Shown here in pieces: positions 1 to 7,943 of a stretch of 64,000 nt of DNA. Made by a program: the position numbers and the translations under genes. Source of the DNA: Candidatus Gottesmanbacteria bacterium (GTDB lineage Bacteria; Patescibacteriota; Microgenomatia; UBA10105; UBA927); contig CAIJMI010000005.1 of the NCBI GenBank assembly GCA_903821745.1, positions 135,802 to 199,801 on the forward strand, written 5' to 3'. The notes under the pieces were generated by a model. That model had not been told where the DNA came from, searched no databases, and saw only the letters and a program-made list of their open reading frames with translations. Positions within the stretch are counted from its first letter, which is position 1, and every line of letters begins with the position of its first letter.

Positions 1-489
1 TCAGACACTCAACAATTGGGAAATGGCAAAACCATAGTTATCAAGCCAATCAATGATGTATTTGGCATCGTCATTCCAAAAATACGGGCAAATGCCGCAA
101 TTATTCCAAATGTGGATCCATATGATAGTTCTGCTTATCAACGAGCGCTCACCAAAGGAGTGGCACATGCAAAAGGTTCGGTATTTCCAGGGCAAGTAGG
201 GAACGTGTTTATTTTTTCTCATTCCTCAGTTAATTTTTTTGAAGCCCTACGATACAACTCAATCTTCTATCTCCTTGATAAACTGGAAGTGGATGATCTT
301 ATTTATGTATATTTTAATAAAGAACAGTTTATCTACCGCGTTACTGAAAAAAAACTTATTACTCCAGATCAGGTCTATTATTTAGCCGAAAAAACAAATG
401 ACAGACTAATCACGCTTATGACCTGTTGGCCACCTGGCACAACATTCAAACGCCTTATTATCCGTGGTATACTGACAACTCAACCATAA
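1..489 (+). CDS. Sortase (5'-partial; frame open to window edge)
   Basis: Catalytic His (FSHSS), TLMTCWPPG Cys motif and KRLII Arg match the sortase triad. Confidence 0.9.
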   Translation, partial: SDTQQLGNGKTIVIKPINDVFGIVIPKIRANAAIIPNVDPYDSSAYQRALTKGVAHAKGSVFPGQVGNVFIFSHSSVNFFEALRYNSIFYLLDKLEVDDLIYVYFNKEQFIYRVTEKKLITPDQVYYLAEKTNDRLITLMTCWPPGTTFKRLIIRGILTTQP

Positions 490-496
490 AACTATT

Positions 497-1024
497 ATGC
501 TTCCCTGGATTTTTCTTGTCATGCAGTTGTTATTCGCTTTACTATTTTTTTATCTTGCACTCGCGTTTCTCACCGGTGCACCGTTTGTCCCTTCAACAAA
601 CACAGTATCGGTAACTATGGTCAATATGGCCCAACTGAAAAAGGGCAATCGTATTTACGATTTAGGATCAGGTGATGGCAGATTATTGTTTCTTGCGGCC
701 GCGCGTGGCGCAAAAACAATTGGATTGGAAATAAACCCGTATTTAGTGCTGTATTCGAACCTCAAAGCCATGTTTTCTCCATTTAGAAAAACCGTACGCA
801 CTTATTGGAAAAATTTTTGGGCTACGGATTTTACCAATGCTGATGTTGTTTTTGTGTATCTTCTTCCATGGAAAATGGAAAAACTGGAAAAGAAACTCTT
901 AAAGGAAATGAAACCCGGCAGTAAAATCGTATCCAATAGTTTTATTTTTCTTCATTTGCCCTGCACCAAAAAAGATCCAATCAATCATGTGTATCTGTTT
1001 ACTATACCCAAAAAGCGAATATAA
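497..1024 (+). CDS. Membrane-anchored class I SAM-dependent methyltransferase
   Basis: N-terminal TM helix, GAPFVP, YDLGSGDGR motif I, ADVVFVYL. Confidence 0.85.
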   Translation: MLPWIFLVMQLLFALLFFYLALAFLTGAPFVPSTNTVSVTMVNMAQLKKGNRIYDLGSGDGRLLFLAAARGAKTIGLEINPYLVLYSNLKAMFSPFRKTVRTYWKNFWATDFTNADVVFVYLLPWKMEKLEKKLLKEMKPGSKIVSNSFIFLHLPCTKKDPINHVYLFTIPKKRI

Positions 1025-1035
1025 TAAGGAGGCAT

Positions 1036-1599
1036 ATGAAATTTGACGGACAACAATCAGACGAAAAAGTATTATACGTCATTACTCCACATAACAGCAA
1101 ACTGATTCTTTCCATTTTTTTCACCACTATTTCCATTCTGGCTGTCGGCGCATTCTTGTTTGGCGTCACAACATTTTTTCCTGAATTTATTAATCTCCTT
1201 CGAACCATCATTGTTCTCATGCTATTGTTGGGAACAATCATTGCAGGCTGGTGGATCTGGCAAGCACAAGTTCATGACCGAACCTACATCACTGACCGGC
1301 GGATCATTCGTTTTGACGTAGTGTCACCGTTTTTTACGAACAAACGGGCGTTGTTTTGGAATGAAGTCTTAAAAGCAAAAGCATACGCACCGAATATGAT
1401 CATACGAATTTTAAAAATTGGCGTACTCCAAATAGAACCCGTTGCAGCAGAACATGAAAGCATTATTATTCCTGATGTCTATTATCACGAAGACTTGGCA
1501 AATTATCTAGATAAAATTTTATTTACGTTTAAAAATAAACCAGCAGATATGACAACAATCAAACCCTTCATTGCAAAACCAAAAGGCAAGAGGGATTGA
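1036..1599 (+). CDS. Membrane protein with bacterial PH-like domain
   Basis: Two TM helices then YITDRRII pattern; AGGAGG SD upstream. Confidence 0.6.
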   Translation: MKFDGQQSDEKVLYVITPHNSKLILSIFFTTISILAVGAFLFGVTTFFPEFINLLRTIIVLMLLLGTIIAGWWIWQAQVHDRTYITDRRIIRFDVVSPFFTNKRALFWNEVLKAKAYAPNMIIRILKIGVLQIEPVAAEHESIIIPDVYYHEDLANYLDKILFTFKNKPADMTTIKPFIAKPKGKRD

Positions 1600-1624
1600 A
1601 AAGTATTGGGCAATGGGGTACGAT
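1596..1624 (+). promoter_or_regulatory. Sigma70 promoter of thrS leader
   Basis: TTGAAA-N17-TACGAT; predicted start ~1631. Confidence 0.6.
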
Positions 1625-1630
1625 ACATAT

Positions 1631-1764
1631 ATTCTCGTTTGCATGAGATATAACTAACCTCAAAGAGAATCGCTGCATCCCGCGTAAAGATGTTGTAATG
1701 AAGTCACAAGAAGTTGGATGGAACCTTCCGAAGCACTCGGAATCCAACAGAAGGTGACTTTTTT
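1631..1764 (+). promoter_or_regulatory. T-box-like riboswitch leader of thrS
   Basis: GTTGGA/TCCAAC helix, TGGAACC bulge, TTCCGA/TCGGAA helix, U-tract at 1759-1764; short 5' stem-loop containing Thr codons ACT/ACC. Confidence 0.75.
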
Positions 1765-1782
1765 GTATATAAAGGAGTATCT

Positions 1783-3576
1783 ATGTCACAAGTACTAGAA
1801 GAAAAATTAGAAAAACTATCCAAAGAAGAACAACAACTGTGGGCACTGCGCCATACGGCAGAACATATTCTTCATACTGCCATGCAAAATCTCTACCCAC
1901 CCTTAAAAAAAGCAATGGGACCTGCAACGGAAGACGGATTTTACAATGATTTTGACTTAGACGAAAAGATCTCAGAAGCAGATTTTCCAAAAATTGAAAA
2001 AGAAATGCAGCGGCTTATTGATGCAGACTATCCAATGGAGCAATCATTAATTAGTCCTTCCGAAGCCAAAGAATTATTTAAAAATAATCCATACAAACTC
2101 GAATGGATTGATGAAATTGAAAAACGGGGAGAAAAAGTGTCAGTGTTCACAATGGGAAAAGAAGACACGGATCTTTGCAGCGGCCCACATGCATCATCAA
2201 CGGGCGCTGTTAAAGCGTTTAAGCTCCTCTCAATTGCCGGTGCGTATTGGCATGGGGATGAAAAAAATAAAATGCTAACGAGAATCTACGGCACTGCATT
2301 TAGCTCCAAAAAAGAACTGGATGAGTATCTTGCTCGCATCGAAGAAGCCAAAAAACGCGATCACAGAAAAATTGGAAAAGATTTGGGACTGTTTGTATTT
2401 GCCGATCTTATCGGTAAAGGACTTCCGATGCTTACGGCAAAAGGGGCAACCATCAGACGGGAACTGGAGCGGTTTATTGTTGATGAAGAACTCAAACGCG
2501 GATACAGCCACGTCATCACGCCGCCGCTTGCAAAGGTAGATTTATATAAAACGAGCGGCCACTATCCATATTATAAAAATACCATGTATCCTCCAATGAA
2601 AGTAGATGAAGAGGAACTGATTCTGCGTCCGATGACCTGTCCGCATCATTTTATGCTTTACAAATCGGAACAGCATAGCTATCGCGAACTTCCAATTCGT
2701 CTGGCAGAATTATCCCCTCAATTTCGTTATGAAAAAAGTGGGGAACTGACCGGCCTTATGCGCGTCCGCATGTTTTGTCTTGCAGATGCCCATATTATTA
2801 GTCAGCCTGAGAATGCAAAAGATGAAATTAAAAAAGTATTGGACCTGATCGATTTTGTGAACGCAACCCTTGGAATGAAAAAAGGAGTTGATTACTGCTA
2901 TCGTCTCTCGCTTGGCGACAGAAACGATACAAAAAAATATTACAAGGATGATGCCGCATGGGATCATGCAGAACAAGTACTCAGGGAGGTACTTGTTGAA
3001 ACAAAGGCACCATTTTTTGAGGCACCAAATGAAGCAGCGTTTTACGGACCGAAAATTGATATACAGGTCAAAAATGTTGCGGGTCACGAGGAAACCGCAT
3101 TTACGGTGCAATATGACTTTGTCATGCCGAAACGGTTTGAACTAACGTATATTGACTCCGACGGGAAAGAAAAAGAACCAATCGTTATTCATAGGTCAAG
3201 TCTTGGTGCATTTGAACGGACCATGGCATTTTTGCTAGAACATTTTGCCGGTGCACTCCCAACCTGGTTGAGCCCAGTCCAAGTACAGGTGTTACCAATT
3301 GCCGACCGTCACGCAGAATATGCAACAAAGGTCGTAGAATCCCTTAAAAAGAACAATATACGTGCGGTCCTTGATGATAGATCAGAAACTCTTGGATCAC
3401 GAATACGGGATGCCCAACAACAAAAAGTGTCCTATATGCTCATCATTGGAGACAATGAGGTCAAAAATAATACGGTTACCGAACGGGGAAGAAGTGGAAA
3501 AAACTTTGGAGAATTCCCACTTGATGCATTCATTACGGACATCCGGAAAGAAATTGATGAAAAAATCATCAATTAA
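1783..3576 (+). CDS. thrS: Threonine--tRNA ligase (no N-terminal TGS domain)
   Basis: LRHTAEH, DLCSGPH, RDHRKIG, RPMTCPHH, AAFYGPKID; SD AAGGAG before ATG 1783. Confidence 0.97.
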   Translation: MSQVLEEKLEKLSKEEQQLWALRHTAEHILHTAMQNLYPPLKKAMGPATEDGFYNDFDLDEKISEADFPKIEKEMQRLIDADYPMEQSLISPSEAKELFKNNPYKLEWIDEIEKRGEKVSVFTMGKEDTDLCSGPHASSTGAVKAFKLLSIAGAYWHGDEKNKMLTRIYGTAFSSKKELDEYLARIEEAKKRDHRKIGKDLGLFVFADLIGKGLPMLTAKGATIRRELERFIVDEELKRGYSHVITPPLAKVDLYKTSGHYPYYKNTMYPPMKVDEEELILRPMTCPHHFMLYKSEQHSYRELPIRLAELSPQFRYEKSGELTGLMRVRMFCLADAHIISQPENAKDEIKKVLDLIDFVNATLGMKKGVDYCYRLSLGDRNDTKKYYKDDAAWDHAEQVLREVLVETKAPFFEAPNEAAFYGPKIDIQVKNVAGHEETAFTVQYDFVMPKRFELTYIDSDGKEKEPIVIHRSSLGAFERTMAFLLEHFAGALPTWLSPVQVQVLPIADRHAEYATKVVESLKKNNIRAVLDDRSETLGSRIRDAQQQKVSYMLIIGDNEVKNNTVTERGRSGKNFGEFPLDAFITDIRKEIDEKIIN

Positions 3577-3638
3577 CTCGTGGTATTCTCTTAGGGGAAT
3601 GAATTTGGTATAATAGGAGTCAAGCGCCAGGGGAGCGC

Positions 3639-4178
3639 ATTTATCAAAAACGCGTGAACACAGCATTCAAACACTACCGCATTAATTACCAAATCATTAG
3701 TCCAACCTTACGGCTATTGGATGAGGAAGGAAAACAGATCGGTATTCTTTCTAAAATTGAAGCACTCCAAAAAGCAAAAGAGCTTGACATGGATGTCGTG
3801 GAAATAGCTTCAAACGCCGTGCCGCCGGTAGCCAAACTGATTGATTTTAAGAAGTTTAAATATCAAGAACAAAAAAAGGAACGGGACAACAAAAAAAACC
3901 AGAAGAATGTCGGGGTCAAGGAAGTCAGACTTCGACCATTTATCGGTCAACATGACTTCGATACGCGATTGAAGCAGGCAACAGACTGGCTTGCTGATGG
4001 CAATCAAATCAAAATTAACGTAGTGTTTAAAGGCCGGGAAATTACGAGAAAAGAATTTGGGTTTGACGTCATGAAACGATTTCTTGGCAGTCTTGAGTCC
4101 ATCAAAGTTGTCAGAGAACCGCATCTGGAAGGAAAAGTACTTTCCGCAATGGTCGTCCCCGCAAAAAAAGCCGCATAA
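3639..4178 (+). CDS. infC: Translation initiation factor IF-3 (likely ATT start at 3639; alternative GTG 3654)
   Basis: PPVAKLIDF, KEVRLRP, FKGRE; position between thrS and rpmI. Confidence 0.95.
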   Translation: MYQKRVNTAFKHYRINYQIISPTLRLLDEEGKQIGILSKIEALQKAKELDMDVVEIASNAVPPVAKLIDFKKFKYQEQKKERDNKKNQKNVGVKEVRLRPFIGQHDFDTRLKQATDWLADGNQIKINVVFKGREITRKEFGFDVMKRFLGSLESIKVVREPHLEGKVLSAMVVPAKKAA

Positions 4179-4222
4179 TATTTGTCTTGCGTCATGCGCA
4201 AAATTGCCGTATAATACACTCT

Positions 4223-4420
4223 ATGCCAAAAGTAAAAACGAGAAAAATCGCAACAAAACGCTTTAAAGTCAGCAAAGGCGGAAAGGTCATGCACCGAGTT
4301 CAAGGCGCACGGCATTTGCGTTCAACTAAAAGTGCCTCCCGAAAACGGAGACAGGATAAAATTAAATCATTGACGAATCACAAATATATTCAGAACATGA
4401 AGCGCTTTTTAGAAACATAA
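4223..4420 (+). CDS. rpmI: 50S ribosomal protein L35
   Basis: MPKVKTRKIATKRFKVSKGGK; synteny. Confidence 0.95.
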   Translation: MPKVKTRKIATKRFKVSKGGKVMHRVQGARHLRSTKSASRKRRQDKIKSLTNHKYIQNMKRFLET

Positions 4421-4425
4421 ATACC

Positions 4426-4776
4426 ATGAGAGTTAAACGAGGAGTTACCAGTCACGCGAAGCACAAAAAAATATTCGAAGCCAACAAAGGCTATCGGATG
4501 ACAAAACGCAGGCTTATTCGGGTCGCTAAAGAAGCATATCTTCATGCTGGAGAATACGCATTTGCTGGCCGAAAAAACAAAAAGAGAGATTTCCGTGCAA
4601 CATGGATCAGCCGTATCTCACATGCTGTCGTCATCAAAGGAACATCCTACAGCAAATTTATGAACGCAATCAAAAAAGCAAATATTGTCATTGATCGAAA
4701 AATCATGGCATATCTTATCGTCAACAAACCAGAAAGTTTTGATGCCATCTTTAAAACCGCAACCGGGACAAAATAA
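4426..4776 (+). CDS. rplT: 50S ribosomal protein L20
   Basis: MRVKRGV, RKNKKRDFRATWISRI, IDRKIMA. Confidence 0.97.
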   Translation: MRVKRGVTSHAKHKKIFEANKGYRMTKRRLIRVAKEAYLHAGEYAFAGRKNKKRDFRATWISRISHAVVIKGTSYSKFMNAIKKANIVIDRKIMAYLIVNKPESFDAIFKTATGTK

Positions 4777-4800
4777 TACTGAAAAAATAAACAGTATTAT

Positions 4801-4830
4801 AAAATCCCGCGAATAGGCGGGATTTTTTTT
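4801..4830 (+). terminator. Intrinsic terminator after rplT
   Basis: AAAATCCCGC-GAATAG-GCGGGATTTT stem plus T run. Confidence 0.85.
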
Positions 4831-4861
4831 GGCAAAATATGTACAATAGATACATACGCGT

Positions 4862-5944
4862 ATGAAAAAAATTGTGACAAAAGAAGAACCAATTGCAAAG
4901 GATCAGTTGATCCGGCTTCTGTTAACACTCCAGGAGGATGCTGTTGGCGCAATTACGGAAAGCACGGAATCCGTTGATACCCTTCGTCTCACATGGCTTG
5001 GAAAAAATAGTGAATTTTTGAAACTTGCCTCATCCATGCGGTCCGTTACTCCTGAAGATAAACAACAAATAGGAGCAGTCTTAAACGGTGTCAAAAAAAG
5101 CATAGAATCAGCGCTTGCTAGCAAACAACAGCTGACCAACCAACAGGCGGAAAGTACCGCTGACTGGTTTGATACAACGGAGCCCGGGGAACAACCGCCA
5201 CAAGGACATCTTCATATCGTCACGCAGGCAATTGCCGAAATTACTGATATTTTTAATCGCCTTGGGTTTACCAGAGTGAGACACCCAGAAATTGATTGGG
5301 ACTGGTATCCATTTGAAGCGTTAAATATGCCCCATAGCCATCCGGCAAGCGATGAATGGGAAACCTTTTATATCCGCTATCCTGGGAGTCCTGGAAAAGA
5401 ATATAAAAAACAAAAAATAGTACTCACACCCCATACGTCAAATGGCCAGGTACGGGAAATGGAAAAAGGTGTCCTTCCCATCCGTATGATTAACATTGCC
5501 AAATGTTACCGAAGACAAATTGATATTTCTCATACCCCGATGTTTCATCAATTTGAAGGACTCTACGTTGATAAAAATGTTTCGATCGGCCATTTAAAAG
5601 GCGTCCTTGATTATTTTGCCAAACATTTTTTTGGACCTGACAGAACTACACGCATTCGTCCGTATCATTTTCAATTTACCGAACCGTCATTTGAAATTGA
5701 TATCTCCTGCGGCATTTGTCACGGCAAAGGATGCAAACTCTGCAAAGAAGGCTGGTTGGAACTGGGGGGAGCGGGCATGACCCATCCCCAGGTATTAAAA
5801 AATGGCGGCGTTGATACGACAGTCTATAACGGATTTGCATTCGGTTGGGGAGTAGAGCGGACGTATATGATGAAATCCAATTCCAATCTTGATGATATAC
5901 GACTTATTTACGGAAATGATATACGTTTTTTAAAACAATTTTAA
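4862..5944 (+). CDS. pheS: Phenylalanine--tRNA ligase alpha subunit
   Basis: HTPMFHQFEG, FQFTEPS, GWLELGGAG, GFAFGWGVER. Confidence 0.97.
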   Translation: MKKIVTKEEPIAKDQLIRLLLTLQEDAVGAITESTESVDTLRLTWLGKNSEFLKLASSMRSVTPEDKQQIGAVLNGVKKSIESALASKQQLTNQQAESTADWFDTTEPGEQPPQGHLHIVTQAIAEITDIFNRLGFTRVRHPEIDWDWYPFEALNMPHSHPASDEWETFYIRYPGSPGKEYKKQKIVLTPHTSNGQVREMEKGVLPIRMINIAKCYRRQIDISHTPMFHQFEGLYVDKNVSIGHLKGVLDYFAKHFFGPDRTTRIRPYHFQFTEPSFEIDISCGICHGKGCKLCKEGWLELGGAGMTHPQVLKNGGVDTTVYNGFAFGWGVERTYMMKSNSNLDDIRLIYGNDIRFLKQF

Positions 5945-5945
5945 T

Positions 5946-7943
5946 ATGAATATACTTGTTCCTGATCAGTGGCTCCGTGACTTTCTCAAAACGGATGCCA
6001 CACCAAAACAACTCAAAGAATATCTCTCACTCTGCGGCCCTTCTATTGAACGCATCAATACGGTAAATGGAGAGATTGTCTATGACGTAGAAATTACCAG
6101 TAATCGACCTGATGCAATGTCTATTGTTGGCGTTGCCCGCGAGGCAAGTGGTATCTTGCCACGATTTGGTATTGCAGCAACGCTTCTTGATGATCCATAT
6201 ACCGAGAAAATACACACAGAAAAAAAAGACTATAAAAAAATTCCACTCACCATTACAACAACCGAAGCATTAAATCCGCGTTGGACCAGCGTCATTTTTG
6301 ACGATATTAAAATCGGTCCGTCACCTTCTTGGCTTGTCAAACGCCTCGAACTTGTCGGGGTTCGGACAATCAACAATGTTATTGATATCACCAATTACCT
6401 CATGCATGCCTATGGACAACCCGCACATGTGTTTGACTTAGACACCATTCATCAAGGAATTATGAAGCTTCGACCGGCCAAAAAAGGAGAGCAGGTCACA
6501 ACATTAGATGGAAAAACACATACGCTACCAGGCGGGGACATCGTTATTGAAGACGGCTCAGGGAACCTCATTGATCTTTGCGGCATTATGGGAGGCAAAT
6601 CGTCATCTATAACGGATAAAACAACCCGAGTGTTATTGTTCGTTCAAACCTATGATCCTGCACAAATTCGAAAAACATCCATGAATCTTGCACACCGCAC
6701 AGAAGCAGCAGGACTGTTTGAAAAAGGACTCGACCCGGAACTTGTCATGCCCGTGTTTCAAAAGGGAATTGATCTGATCAAAAAACTAGCCGGTGGAAAC
6801 ATTGTAAGTGAGGTTACGGATATATATTCAAAACCATACAAAGCAAAATCTGTTGTTGCGAAACGGGCAAAAATTGATAGTTATATCGGCGTACACCTTG
6901 AGACAAAAGAGATTCAGAACATACTGTCGAATCTTGGCTGTAAAACAAAAATAACAGAGAATGAAGTTATCGTGACACCGCCAAGCTTCCGTCGGGATAT
7001 CGAACTGGATGTTGATATCATTGAAGAACTTGCGCGCATTTACGGCTATCACAAAATTCCCACAAAACTGCCGGATACAGAACCGCCAACAATATATGAA
7101 GAACCAATTCTAGGGATTGAACAAAAAATAAAACAGAAATTAGGTGATTGGGGATATACCGAAACCTATACGTATTCCATGATTTCCAAAGAACTGCTTG
7201 ATCTCGTGCATTATGATGAGCAAGAAACCTATATGATTACCAATCCCATTTCAAATGATTGGGTATATATGCGGCCAACGTTATTGCCAAGCATGCTCAT
7301 GGCAATCAAACAGAATACCTCCTTTGAACAGGACTTAAAATTATTTGAACTATCCATGACCTACGCCTACCGAAAAAACAATATTCCGCTTGAGGAGTCA
7401 ACCCTTATTGTTGCAGTATCCGGCAGTCGGTATGGAAAAATCAAAGGCATCGCAGAAAGCCTATTCACCCTTTTTGGTATTCCACTGCCTGAAATGACAG
7501 AACCTGCAAATTCCTCCTATCAAAAAAGTCGCTCACTCCGATTAGGAATTTATGGACAACTTGGAGAAATTGACCTTGCGGTATTACAACAACTTGGGAT
7601 ACCAAAACCAGTAACAATGCTTGAATTATCCATCGATCGACTTCTGGAACATAAGAAGTCGGTAACGCATTACACCCCAATTCCAAAGTATCCTGCAAGC
7701 TTTGAAGATCTCGCATTTGTGGTTCCGGAAAAAACACACGTTGCGCCAATGATGAAAAAAATTCAGACGATAGATCCAATGATTAAAGACGTATCACTAT
7801 TTGACAGTTACAAAAATATCCGTACGTTTCATGTGACCTATCAAAGTAGTACCCAAAATTTAACAAAAGAAGAGATAAATAGAATTAGAGAAAAAATTAT
7901 CAGCCAGATGAAAAAAGAATTTGGCGCCACACTCAAAAATTAA
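5946..7943 (+). CDS. pheT: Phenylalanine--tRNA ligase beta subunit (short form)
   Basis: EITSNRPD, NNVIDITNY, DIIEELARIYGY, C-terminal anticodon-binding domain; follows pheS. Confidence 0.95.
   Translation: MNILVPDQWLRDFLKTDATPKQLKEYLSLCGPSIERINTVNGEIVYDVEITSNRPDAMSIVGVAREASGILPRFGIAATLLDDPYTEKIHTEKKDYKKIPLTITTTEALNPRWTSVIFDDIKIGPSPSWLVKRLELVGVRTINNVIDITNYLMHAYGQPAHVFDLDTIHQGIMKLRPAKKGEQVTTLDGKTHTLPGGDIVIEDGSGNLIDLCGIMGGKSSSITDKTTRVLLFVQTYDPAQIRKTSMNLAHRTEAAGLFEKGLDPELVMPVFQKGIDLIKKLAGGNIVSEVTDIYSKPYKAKSVVAKRAKIDSYIGVHLETKEIQNILSNLGCKTKITENEVIVTPPSFRRDIELDVDIIEELARIYGYHKIPTKLPDTEPPTIYEEPILGIEQKIKQKLGDWGYTETYTYSMISKELLDLVHYDEQETYMITNPISNDWVYMRPTLLPSMLMAIKQNTSFEQDLKLFELSMTYAYRKNNIPLEESTLIVAVSGSRYGKIKGIAESLFTLFGIPLPEMTEPANSSYQKSRSLRLGIYGQLGEIDLAVLQQLGIPKPVTMLELSIDRLLEHKKSVTHYTPIPKYPASFEDLAFVVPEKTHVAPMMKKIQTIDPMIKDVSLFDSYKNIRTFHVTYQSSTQNLTKEEINRIREKIISQMKKEFGATLKN

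Noticed and set aside
4777-4861. T-box leaders for pheS (also checked tyrS and hisS)
   Set aside because: Upstream gaps are short and lack a TGGNACC antiterminator; only a terminator or promoter is seen
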